DNA of 64,000 nt from the human T2T-CHM13v2.0 reference genome, Homo sapiens. Position numbers and translations under genes: made by a program. The stretch lies in the NCBI RefSeq assembly GCF_009914755.1, contig NC_060932.1. The stretch is one strand, 5' to 3'. Each line of letters begins with the position of its first letter. Position 1 is the stretch's first letter. This document shows positions 15,168 to 27,189 of the stretch, piece by piece. A model generated the notes under the pieces. The model did not search any database, was not told the DNA's origin, and worked only from the letters and a program-made list of their open reading frames with translations.

Positions 15168-16535
15168 TTTTTTTTTTTTAACTTTCCATTTTGAAATAAT
15201 TACAGACTCAAAAGAAGTTGCAAAATAGTCTTGTGTATCCTTCGTCCAACTTCCCCCAGAGGGACATTTTATATAGCTGTTGTACAATGTCACCCAGGAA
15301 ATTGATATGATACAGTGTCATTAACTACAGGCCTTATTCCGTTTTCAACAACTTTTACATGCATTCAGCTGTGTGTGTATGTGTATAGTTTGCTGCACTT
15401 TTATGCTGTGTGTAGATTTGTGGAACCACATCATCACAAAGTGGCTCCCTTGTACTATCCCTTTGTATTCATCCGCTCTTTCCATCCCTGTCCCCTGGCA
15501 ACTCTAATCTGCTCTAATCTTTACAGTTTTGTCATTTCAAGAACATTGTATATATGGAGTTATATATGGACTCACACAGGTATGTAAAATTTTGAGATGG
15601 GCTTTTTCCACTAAGCACAATGCCCTTTAAGATAGGTCCAGGTTGTTGCATGCATCAATAGTTTGTTCCTTTATGTTGTTGAGTAGTATTCCCTGGCGTG
15701 ACTCTACCATGGTTAGTTTAATCATTCATCATTGAAGGACACTTGGATTGTTCCCAGTTTGGGGTGATTATAAGTAAAGATATGAACATTCAGGTACAAG
15801 TTTTTATATGGACATACGTTTTCATTTTTCCAGAATAAATGTCCAAGAATATAATTGCTTGGTTGAATGGTAGTTACACATTTAACTTAATAAGAAACAG
15901 CCAATGCACTGTTTCAAATTCCCACCAGGCACGCATGAGAAATTCAGTTTCTCTTCTTCTTCTCCAGCATTGTTGCTGTTTTGTAGTTGTTCTAACAGGT
16001 GTGTCGGGATATCTCATTGTAATTGTAGTTTGCATTTTCCTAATAGTTAATGATTACAAATATCTTTGCATGTTCTTATTTCATCTGTATCTCCTCTTTG
16101 GTGAAATGTCTGCTCATGTTTTTGCCCATTTGATAACTGGATTTGGGGGTTGTTTTAATTGTTGAGTTTTGAAGGTTATTTATAGATTCTAGATTCTAGT
16201 CCTTTTTCAGTTTCATGTATATCCTCCCAGGGGGTAGGATGTCTTTTATTTGCTTAACCACATTTTCCACAGCACAAAAGTTTTTCATTTTGATGAACTC
16301 TGATTTACTTTGTTTTTATGGACTGCATTTTGTTGTCATGTCTAATAATCCTTCACCTAACCCTTGGTCCTGAAGATTTTCTCTTAAGATTTCTTCTAAA
16401 AGTTTTATAGTTTTACATTTAAATCTGTTTAAATACAATATATAGTCCCAGTTTTACATTTAAATCCATGATCCATCTTAGATCACTTTGAGTTAATTTC
16501 TACATAAGCTGTGAGACTTAGGTCAAGATTTATTC
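15168..16535 (-). mobile_element. L1M (L1MC-like) 3' portion
   Basis: ttttgaaataattacagactcaaaagaagttgcaaaatag 3' UTR followed by reverse ORF2 remnants. Confidence 0.82.
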
Positions 16536-16795
16536 TCAATGCTTTTTCATATATTAAGGGCTAATTAACATTCCAAAGTCAAAGAAATGTATTTTTAAGT
16601 TTAACCCATTTCTGAAACTTGGCCACCTATTCATGCAGCCAGTATGTATAGGGCAATTTCTGTATACAAGGTACAGGGTTGGATATTGAGAAAATGGGCA
16701 GAACCTCTGTCCTCTATGAACTGGTTTATTTTTATTCATTTCCATACATATACTATTTGTTTACACAACACCCTTGGAACTGTGTTTTGTGCAAA

Positions 16796-17236
16796 TATTA
16801 CTGAAATACCAAGGATTTGGTCTAGATTCTGCAGCTTGCTACACAGAAAGCCAGAGACCGAGAGCCAATGACTGAGACTATGAGTATTGCCAAGGAAGAA
16901 GGCTTTAATTGGGTGCTGCAGCTGAAAAGATGAGAGCTCAGCCTCAAATCCATCTCCCTGACCAACTAAAGCTAAGGATTTATATAGCAGGGAAGAAGAC
17001 AGGAACTAGGAAGGGGCAAGGAAGCGATCCTGATGAATGAAGGGTCAGGCATTTCATTGTCTGGATGTGGCGATCTGGTGAGTTTCAGTTCTTTGATACT
17101 TTTTTGGGGAGGTTGAAGGTCATTTCCTGAGGAAGGAACTCCGATAAAGCAAATGTAGTTTCAAGTTTTAAGACCAGAAGGGTCAATCTCTGTGTTTATC
17201 CAAAAAACTACCTATGGGAGGATTGAGTTGGTTTCA
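16796..17236 (-). mobile_element. ERV1 solo LTR, MER31-like
   Basis: gagtattgccaaggaagaaggctttaattgggtgctgcagc..tcaaatccatctccctgacc..ggtttca. Confidence 0.8.
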
Positions 17237-18714
17237 GAATTCTTTAGGAAATTCTGCTCAAGGCAGCAGACAAACAAAGAGACTGTCAGGTATCAGTGGA
17301 AGCAAAGAGAGATGCAAAATCAGAATGGTACACAGGCAAGAGTCAGGATCTGTTAGCAATCTGCAGTCAAAAGCCAGGAAGGCAGACAGAGGAAGAGGGC
17401 TCGGGAGCTGGAGGGAGAGTGCCAGGGATCAGACATGTCTGATGGGCTTTGATGGTCAGTGCCTAGTCCAGTTTTTAAAGATCTGAGGGCCTTTTTCTTT
17501 CCTTTTTATTTGCTGGGCAATGCAATGTTAGTGTCTGGCAGGAACCAGTTAGGTTTATATACACACACACACACATTAAAAAAAATTTTTTTTAATGCAA
17601 GGAGGCTTCCTTGTCCATACTAGTTTGGAAGCAAAAACATATGGTCACAGCAATACTCACAATACATGTCTCTGGCATTTCCAGCTGCCCCACACCCTGT
17701 GAAATCATGATGGAAGTGTCTATGTGTTGCCTGTGCTCCATGCCTCTTCCCAGTGACCTGAGGAATGACCCCTTTACTCTTTCCTATTCCAGCTCACACT
17801 GGTCACACCTGGGACTTCCAACATGAATGCTTTTGTCACGGATGCTGCGCTGCTGCTGTTTCTGGTTCTTACTCTGCTTACACCAAGGAGACTGATGTCC
17901 CTGCTATAACCCCACTTCCGATGCAGACAGCAATTCCAATGCATTGCAGCTTTCAGGATTTTCTCACTGTGTTTTTGCCTCTCCTTTTCTTTAAGACATG
18001 AGCATTTGTCTACGGGGATGGCCTGAAGTGTAGTCTCCATTACCCAGAGTCATCTCACTCTCTGACCTTGACTCATGATCTGAGAACAAGTGCTCCCCTG
18101 CTTGTCTTCCTGAGGGGCATCTGTCCCTCTTGCAAACAGATTTCCTTTGGGCTCTGTCATTTAGAAATGCCCTTATTTATCTGAATTATAGTTCCAGTTC
18201 AGAACATTTACAAAGGAACAGATTGCTCCCAATTTTAAAGCAGGTAAATTCTAAAAGTTGGCAAGCCAGTCATTTAGAATTTGAGCCTCATATTCCATAG
18301 GTATGAAATTATACATAATGAAAAAGTTCCCAGGGCAGCCCACAAAAAGCCTACTTATCCAAAATAAAGCTAACCTGAGTTAATTCAGCTCTATGGCCTA
18401 GCCACATTCAGCAATGTGTTTCCATTAGAATGCATGTCTTATATCAACTGGGAAGCCAAGAAGGCAGTTCAGAACTGAACTGAAATCTATCCTGTGTTGG
18501 AATTTTATAGCCAGATATCAGTTAACCAGGCCCCAGTGAGTGGAGAAATCTTGGATTTAGATTCTCATGAAATTCTTTATCAAATCCTGGGATCTTCCAA
18601 AAGACTGTGTAAAATTATAATTTAATTCTGCAGAAGTAGAACCTCAATTGGATATCATCCACAAAAGCACTGCAATGTCTATCTTTTTGGGATCATGTCA
18701 AAGATCCTAAATCC

Positions 18715-18842
18715 GTGCTTACTTTGGCAGAAAGTATTAGTGTTTAGTTCATTAGTAATTGGCACATTGGAATGATATAGAGAAGATTAGCACGGCCCTG
18801 CACAAAGATGCCGTGCAAATTTGTGAAGCTTTCCATATTTTT
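18715..18842 (+). pseudogene. U6 snRNA retropseudogene (full length, ~22-nt net insertion in 5' part)
   Basis: gtgcttactttggcag = U6 5' end; attggaatgatatagagaagattagcacggccctgcacaaagatgccgtgcaaatttgtgaagctttccatattttt = U6 body and 3' end. Confidence 0.93.
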
Positions 18843-19202
18843 ATTGCATTTACTCCATCATATGTGGGAGCTAAAAGAAGGTGATCTTACAGAGGTAGAG
18901 AGTAGAACGTTTACTAGCAGTTAAGAAGGACATGAAGGTGGGGGAATGAAGAAAGGTTGGTTAGGGGTACAAACATATAGTTAGAAAGAATAAGTTCTAA
19001 CGTTAGATGGTAGAATAGGGCGACTGCATTACATATTTTGAAAATAGCTAGAAGATAGGACTTGAAATGTTCCCAGCACCTGGAAATAAATACTCCAGCT
19101 GGATACCCTGATACCCTGTCTTGATCATAACACATTCCATGCATGTAACAAAACATCACATATACACCATGAATATGTGAAAATATTATGTATCAATTAC
19201 AA
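18843..19202 (+). mobile_element. L1MA (L1MA4-like) 3' end fused to U6
   Basis: catatgtgggagctaaaa..gggtacaaacatatagttaga..gacttgaaatgttcccagcac..tattatgtatcaatt; shared TSD aaagat(c/a)ctaaatc around U6+L1. Confidence 0.88.
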
Positions 19203-19600
19203 AAAGATACTAAATCAAGAAGGAATGCAGGCACCGCTGTTGGAGGTGGCCCTGGCATCTGGTGATGAGTAGTAGACAGAGAGACGCAGGCGGGACATAA
19301 GAGAGGCCGCAAACTGTAGGTACCTGATTCAGGAAGCCGTTTTGATCCATTGTGAATGTAATTAAGTTGTGTTTTCTGTTCCGAAAGGATAGCCGTCCCT
19401 TCGCCATTTGTCTATTCCCCATTTTTCTGTACTAATGTTTCCTTATCTTACACTGAACAGGCGAACAGGCTATTAAATAATACAAGGAAGAAAACATGAG
19501 GGATTGTCTTTAAAAGTGATCAAACGGCAAAGGGGATTCCTGACCAAAGCGAAAGAGGAATGGAGTGACACCTGCTATGTGCCAGTCACTGTGCTGTGTC

Positions 19601-19915
19601 TTTTTTTCTTTTCTTTTTTTCTTGTTTTTTTTTTTTTTTTTTTTTTTGAGACGGAGTCTCGCTCTGTCGCCCAGGCTGGAGTGCGGTGGCGCGATCTCAA
19701 GCTCCGCCTCCCGGGTTCACGCCATTCTCCTGCCTCAGCCTCCTGAGTAGCTGGGACTACAGGCGCCCGCCACCACACACGGCTAATTTTATGTATTTTT
19801 AGTAGAGATGGGTTTCACCCTGTTAGCCAGGATGATCTCGATCTCCTGACCTCGTGATCCACCCGCCTCGGCCTCCCAAAGTGCTGGGATTACAGGCGTG
19901 AGCCACCGCACCCGG
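19601..19915 (-). mobile_element. AluY (small internal deletion) inside a MIR
   Basis: Reverse Alu, TSD actgtgctgtgtctt; MIR-like flanks 19565-20130. Confidence 0.93.
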
Positions 19916-20751
19916 ACTGTGCTGTGTCTTTTCAACTGCCTTTCTTTATCCATTCTCATTAAAAACACACACACACACACGAAATGCATATTGTTATCCC
20001 TACTTAATTGACAGAAATGGAAGCCCGGTGGGTTACAGTAGACTGAGAGCCTTTAGTCAGCAAGTAAGGGCCATTGCAGGGATTGAAACCCAACTTCTGA
20101 CTTCAGAGCGACAGTTTTCCCGCTGCTCCGCAGCACCTTCTACCACTGAAATAGAGCATTTCCATGTCACCCCCTCTAGAAACAAAAACATTTTACTCAA
20201 TTGTTTTTCAACCAGGAAATAAAAATATTCAAAAAGCAAAGATGACCCCATTTCCTCTTAACTATATTTAATACAGGGACAGTGATAAGAGAACACAGTA
20301 GATTTGGCATTAGCTAGACGAGGCTGGTCAAACTGAATTAGAAGGGCACAGTTTGTTGACAGCCGCGATAGACAGTGGGTTCTGTGAAATGGACCCCAAG
20401 CCAGTTAACACTGATGGGGAAGAAGCCCACCTGCTCGTGAGACTTTGCGTGGGGCCCGGCTCAGTGCCTTAAATAAGGGATCATTATGTATACAATCTGA
20501 TAGTAGAAAGAAGGAAAAAAGCCCTGTGCTGTAGAAAAAGTGTTTAAGCTTTTTAGATTACATAACGGGAGCTATAACATCCACTCTGGTGGCACAAAAA
20601 TTAAATCTAGCCACCAAATCATATCAAAGCCAAAATACAGAATACAGGTGTGCTTCTCGTGAGAAGATCCACACGCACAAAATCTAATCGCGTTCCAGCT
20701 CAGCCTCACCGATACCCGCTCCCGCGATCCTGTTTCTGGTGCTGCATGACA

Positions 20752-20767
20752 AGCTCCCCCTAGTGGG
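20752..20767 (-). promoter_or_regulatory. Candidate CTCF site
   Basis: Minus strand cCCACTAGGGGGAGCt fits the CTCF core CCASYAGRKGGCRS with one common variant. Confidence 0.45.
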
Positions 20768-21077
20768 AAGCAGGGACATTTCAGCATCCATGCTCAGCTG
20801 ATTCAGAACAATAGAAATGTCTCAAGGTTTCCATTTTTTTTAAATGCTGCTTTAGTTGACAGTGAGCAAAAACTGGAGCCAAAACCAGTGGATTTTCATG
20901 GCATGCAGGTAACAGTGGGACTTTTCACCCTCCCCTCGTGTTTATGCTCAGGAAATCCTAAAAGGACACACCCTGTAAGTGCAGGGATGTGTGAACAATC
21001 CCGTTCATGCCTATGCACACATCAGTCTCTCTCAATCCCTTATCTCCAATAGGAACCAACAATAAAATGTATCCTAG

Positions 21078-21428
<351 letters not shown>

Positions 21429-21639
21429 TTGGAAGGGCCCTTCTAATGCTGCTGACACCTGACTTAGTTGGGTAGAACCCCAGCTTCACATCTGCTTTGC
21501 TTTCTGCTTTACTGATAGCCTTTGTGTGCACTCAAAGGGCTGCTGACAAGATCTGTCCAGTGACATTTTTATGTGCCCTTTAATCTTATTTTACTAACAG
21601 GTCAACAACCTTAACCAAGAGTAAGGAAGCCACTTGCTC

Positions 21640-22117
21640 CAAGTCACAGTAGAAGGTTGAGCATGTGACTATTACCAAGAGGAAGTGGGGACACAAGTGA
21701 TGCCATGTTGGAGGCTAATTTGCTGTTTTCACTTCTGATTAGCCGTTGTCTCGGGAATGCCTTCCGATTATTACTTAATTTACTGTCCCTAATGTAAGAA
21801 CATGTCAACCTTGATGCTGTTGCACAAATTATAGGCTTTGATGCATGCAGCATTCTTGCCTCTTCTGGAGGGTAGTCTTTCATTGTCTTGCACAGGGCAC
21901 ACATACCCTTTCCCTATGCTATATAAGCCCTGGTTCTGGGGGTAACAGGTGCAGAGATCTACCTGTATTGCTGCCGCTAAAGACCATGCTTCCATCTGTA
22001 AGTTTCCCCAGTAAAACATCCTTTATCAACAAACTGGAGTTGTGTGGCTTGTTCTTTGGTTTCTTGGCTCTTTTGGCCTTTGGGGGCTACTTTGCATATA
22101 TGACCCTTTCACGGAGC
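21640..22117 (+). mobile_element. Solo LTR, ERVL-class (LTR42/LTR47/MER70-like; subfamily uncertain)
   Basis: TATA tatataagccctggttctgggggtaac, degenerate polyA signal agtaaa, U5 ..gggggctactttgcatatatgaccctttcacggagc; 5' boundary approximate. Confidence 0.65.
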
Positions 22118-22783
22118 GGGCATTTTCCCGTGATATCCAGCTGGCTGCTGCCACTGCCATAGAGCAACTCTGCGAGAGAACTTGGCCCCCTCTCCCTTCA
22201 AGTGTTGAAAAGAGCAAGAAGTACAGGCTACTCCATAGGCCCAGTGCCCAAGGCCCTGATGGAGCTATCCAATTCTCACTGTTAGCCTGGGCACCCTCCA
22301 GGACACCAAACATTCTGTACTTAGGCAGCCCTCAAGAAGAGGCAGTAGAAGAATTAAGCACACTTTCCAGGTTAAAAACTCCTTGTGTTGCAGATCTCAG
22401 GACAGGCCGAAGCTCTTCTGGGGAGTATTTATCCCCATTAATGCATTGTCATCAAGATGCGGTGTATAACCTACAAAGAAAGTCATCACACAGTATCCAG
22501 CTGCCATAGAAAGAAAATCGATTGTGTTGCATGGATTTGTGCAATATAAATATTTCTTGAAAGAAAGAAATAATGAACGATTACGTCACTAGTTTTTAGG
22601 CATTGATTTTTGAGAATTTGTATATGTAGAAGTTGAGTGTTCTGAAATTAGTACATTGTGAATGGGGAAGGAGTCAACTCGCTTAAGGAAATATAATAGC
22701 TGCATGGAGCTGGAGACAGAGTAGGATGAGGCAAGAAGAAAGGCCTGGAGCAGGGCCAGGACTGTGAGACCCACACTTGGTGC

Positions 22784-23040
22784 TTTTTTTTTGAGATGGA
22801 GTCTCGCTCTGTTGCCAGGCTGGAGTGCCGTGGCGCAATCTTGGCTCACTGCAACCTCAGCCTCCCGAGTAGCTAGGACTACAGGCATGCGCCACCACAC
22901 CCAACTACTTTTTCTATTTTTAGTAGGGACGGGATTTCACCCTGTTGGCCAGGATGGTCTCTTATCTCCTGACCTCGTGATCCACCCACCTCGGCCCCCC
23001 AAAGTGCTGGGATTACAGGCTTGAGCCACCGCACCTGGCC
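22784..23040 (-). mobile_element. AluSc-like with ~30-nt internal deletion
   Basis: ctctgttgccagg, ggccaggatggtctc; gcaacctc|agcctcc junction; TSD cacttggt. Confidence 0.88.
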
Positions 23041-24061
23041 CACTTGGTCCTTTTAACAGGGACCTCCTAGGGCCTAGGGGATGGGATTAGCTCCAGACCT
23101 CACTGTATCCAAATGTCTCTCCACCGTTAGGGAGAGAAGAGAGGAAGGCAGAGAAGGCCTGAACAAGCCTGGCTGGGGAGGGCTCCCAGAGTCCTTGTGA
23201 CAGAGATGACTCTACCCACACTTGGGAGACTGATGTGTCAGGAAAGCATGCACAGGTAAGTGAGATGCTAGGTCAACGAATCAGCAAAGAGAGTCGGAAG
23301 GGAATCTAGGAGTTGATGTGGAAAGCCATGGTGTCAAACCAGAGATTACGGCCTGGGCTCAGAGTGTCTGGAGGGTGAGAGGGCAGTGCTGGCCAACTAC
23401 ACAGACCAGGCATTGGAGCCAGTGATGGCCTAGGTGTGCTGGCTGCAGCCCAGCTCAGGGCTCAGGGGAAGCTGGCTGCATTTAAAGGACTGAGGCACTG
23501 CAAAATGTTACACCCCTAAACTGTGGAGATATTGGCCAAAGCTCCTTTCAGGAGTGGCAAGAGCTGTGTGTCTGAACCAGTCCTAGTACTGGCCGTGATC
23601 CTGACAACGTGTTCACGTGTGCTCTTAAGTTAAACCAATCTACAGAGGTCATCCGGAGTGTTGGCTTCATTCCCTCCTTACCCCACACAATCCCCCTAAC
23701 GCTTTGCAGAATAGAGACCTCTCAAATACTGTAAAAAGAGGTATGTGAATTTGGGTTAGCCCAATTGGTTTTGTGGTTTCTGTTTGGTTGGGCTGTCAAG
23801 AATTTGTTCTGTTGGGTGTGGTTGGGTGACAGAGTTGTTAGTTAACCAGACCTGAGAAGAGGAGGGAGCCATGTACAACCTGCCTAGCACTAGTAGTTGG
23901 CATTAAACCCTAGAGAGGTTCCCATTTCTCTCAAGTGGAGTCTTATTAGGTACATCTCTCCATCCCCCCTACTCCACCTCCTTGAATACAGAATAAAGGT
24001 ACACATTTATAGGCTCCCAGAGGGCAGGGACCATGTGATGTAATCCTTTATATCCAGTGTT

Positions 24062-24331
24062 AGATACTGTCTAATATGGTAGCCTCTAACCCCTTCAGAA
24101 AGAGCTACCCTGAATTGAGATGTGCTGAATTTTGAAGACTCAACATGGAAAAAATAATGCAAAACATCTTATCAGCATGTTCTTACATTAATTATGTTGG
24201 AATAATATTTTGGTTAAGGGAAACATATTATTAAAAGTAATTTCTTCAGTTTCCGTTTACTTTTTTTAATGTGGCTACTCAAAAATTTAAAACTCCGTAC
24301 GAGGCATGAATCTTCTGATAGGTAGCACTGT
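24062..24331. mobile_element. MER33-like hAT-Charlie MITE
   Basis: ctgtctaatatggtagcc..tgaattgagatgtgctg..ttttttaatgtggctactcaaaaattt. Confidence 0.7.
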
Positions 24332-24526
24332 TTAATACCTTCTCTGGTGGCAAATCCAAAACACAGATCTTATATAATTTGGATAATAAACCCCCTTCAG
24401 TCACCAGTGAGCCCACACTGATAAAAGAAAGAAACTGATCGCAGAGCCGCCGAGATCCCAACCCAATTAAACACTGGCCTTTCTTCCTTCTTTTCACAGC
24501 CAGTTAGGAAAGAAATTACTCAGAGG

Positions 24527-25565
24527 CCCGGCCGCCCATCGTCTGAGATGTGGGGAGCGCCTCTGCCCCGCCGCCCCATCTGGGATGTGAGGAGCGCCTC
24601 TGCCCGGCCGCGACCCCGTCTGGGAGGTGAGGAGCGTCTCTGCCCGGCCACCCCGTCTGAGAAGTGAGGAGACCCTCTGCCCAGCAGCCACCCCGTCTGA
24701 GAAGTGAGGAGCCCCTCCGCCCAGCAGCCACCCCGTCTGAGAAGTGAGGAGCCTCTCCGCCCGGCAGCCACCCCGTCTGGGAAGTGAGGTGGGGGGGTCA
24801 GCCCCCCGCCCGGCCAGCCGCCCCATCCGGGAGGTGAGGGGCGCCTCTGCCCAGCCGCCCCTCCTGGGAAGTGAGGAGCCCCTCTGCCCGGCCAGCCGCC
24901 CCGTCCGGGAGGGAGGTGGGGGGTCAGACCCCCGCCCGGCCAGCCGCCCCGTCCGGGAGGTGAGGGGCGCCTCTGCCCGGCCGCCTCTACTGGGAAGTGG
25001 GGAGCCCCTCTGCCCGGCCACCACCCCGTCTGGGAGGTGTGCCCAACAGCTCATTGAGAATGGGCCAGGATGACAATGGCGGTTTTGTGGAATAGAAAGG
25101 GAGGAAAGGTGGGGAAAAGATTGAGAAATCGGATGGTTGCCGTGTCTGTGTAGAAAGAGGTAGACATGGGAGACTTTTCATTTTGTTCTGTACTAAGAAA
25201 AATTCTTCTGCCTTGGGATCCTGTTGATCTGTGACCTTGCCCCCAGCCCTGTGCTCTCTGAAACATGTGCTGTGTCCACTCAGGGTTAAATGGATTAAGG
25301 GCGGTGCAAGACGTGCTTTGTTAAACAGATGCTTGAAGGCAGCATGCTCGTTAAGAGTCGTCGCCACTCCCTAATCTCAAGTACCCAGGGACACAAACAC
25401 TGCGGAAGGCCGCAGGGTCCTCTGCCTAGGAAAGCCAGAGACCTTTGTTCACTTGTTTATCTGCTGACCTTCCCTCCACTATTGTCCTATGACCCTGCCA
25501 AATCCCCCTCTGTGAGAAACACCCAAGAATGATCAATAAAAAATAAATTAAAAAAAAAAAAAAAA
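24527..25565 (+). mobile_element. SVA retrotransposon (D/E-like), 5'-truncated: VNTR + SINE-R + polyA
   Basis: GC-rich ~37-50 bp VNTR units to ~25035, SINE-R, AATAAA 25535-25540, polyA, perfect 18-bp TSD aaagaaattactcagagg (24509-24526/25566-25583). Confidence 0.97.
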
Positions 25566-26554
25566 AAAGAAATTACTCAGAGGAAAATCTTAACAATTTC
25601 TATCAAATGAAAATCTTGTCTCAGACCCAGACTGACTTTCATTCAATCCATTCGCTGAAATTTGAGCATCTAACTGCAGCCTGCCGGGGATCGTCTAGCT
25701 GAGACAGGGATCCTTCTGGAAAGAATAGACACAGTCTCTGGGTGCTTCTAGCTTCTGGCCCTGTTCCCTCAAAAGGTCAGTTTCAATCTCAGACTACACA
25801 GGTCATGTGCTAGAACGCCTTCTCCCTGTGTTCCCCCAGGGCCCTGGTCAGCCCAGCAGAGCCTGAGTTGTAGGTCACAGTTCCAGCCATTGTTGATTCT
25901 TAGCTCTGTCGAAGCCGTAGTTAATATTGATCCTGAAGACTTTCTTTTTCTACATCACTTTGTGCTTGACGGTGATTAAATGGAAGACTTATACCATCAG
26001 CAAATTGGCTTTCCACACCTCACAAACCAACTCACACGCTTACTCCCAATCCTCATGAATACCGAGAATTTCTAATTCTCGAAGTCGGCTGGCATTTCAG
26101 GCCAGGATCCGCCGGAGCCTCCATCTACGGCCTAGTGAGAATGGCCTGTTTGCCTAAGAGGATTAAGTGGAGGGCAGCCAGCTAAACTTCCACAGAGACG
26201 TTTTAATGACTTCAGCTCTAATCGCTTCCTAGGCCTCATCAGCCACCACCAGTCATGACTGGGCTTTTTTAAGACGGATGTCACTAATCTGTTCCACTCC
26301 AAGGCCGCCAGAGCCCCTCTCTTTGTTGTCGCTTTTACTCCCCCTTCGCAGGCTCCACTTGTACTCTTTTGAATAATGTAACCCCCCTGCCGCCCACTCC
26401 TCATACCTCTCAACCTGCCTCGCTCATCTCACCAGTTTGACCTTCTCCAAGAATTCTGGACAGAAAGTAGAACCTCATTCACAGGCTTACCTCATCATTT
26501 TGGAATAACTTAACTAAATGGAACATTCACTCACAAAAGGAAACTTACATTTCA

Positions 26555-26883
26555 GGTCCTGGTGCTGTAACTCGCCCCTTTAATCCCAGCACTTTGGGAG
26601 CCCAAGTGGGAAGACTGTTTGAAGCCAGGAGTTCAAGGCCAGCCTGGGCAACACAGCAGGACCCTGCCCCTGCAAAAAATTTAAAAATTAGCCAGATGTG
26701 GTGACGCGCACCTGGAACAGATTAGTTCCAGCTACTCAGGAGGCTGAGGCAGGAGAATCACTTGAGCCCAGGAGTTTGAGGCTGTAGTGAGCTATGATTG
26801 TACCAATGCACTCCAGCCTGGATGACAGAGTGAGGCCCTGTCTCTAAAAAGTAAAAAAAAAAAAAAACTTAAAAAAAAAAAAA
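26555..26883 (+). mobile_element. AluJ
   Basis: cttgagcccaggagtttgaggctgtagtgagctatgat J motifs, polyA. Confidence 0.88.
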
Positions 26884-27189
26884 GAAACCTGCATTTGATT
26901 GGAGGAAGCAGAGAAAATATTTATGAGCAATTTCTGGCCCCAGTTGTCTATGACTTGGAAAACCTGTTTACCTGCAGTTCACCTCTTGATGCTGATTTAA
27001 CTTCTTTTGCCCAGTGTTTCTAACATTCAGCTAGATCCAAAGACCATGATCAAAACTCAGTTTTCTCATGGTGCCCTTTTGTATTTTTGAAATCTTTAAA
27101 TTATTTTTCTTTTATAATAGAGCTACCTTTACTCTCTGGTCAAGGAGCTGTTAGAGTGTGTGTCACTTGCAAAAAAAAAAAAAAAGAAA

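Noticed and set aside
22042-22509. 155-aa ORF with signal-peptide-like start
   Set aside because: Starts at GTG inside LTR U5 sequence; no homology recognisable
24527-25035. CRISPR-like or gene-promoter CpG island
   Set aside because: Tandem SVA VNTR units without unique spacers; eukaryotic retroelement
24494-25367. Overlapping 71-186 aa ORFs
   Set aside because: Translations of the SVA VNTR and SINE-R
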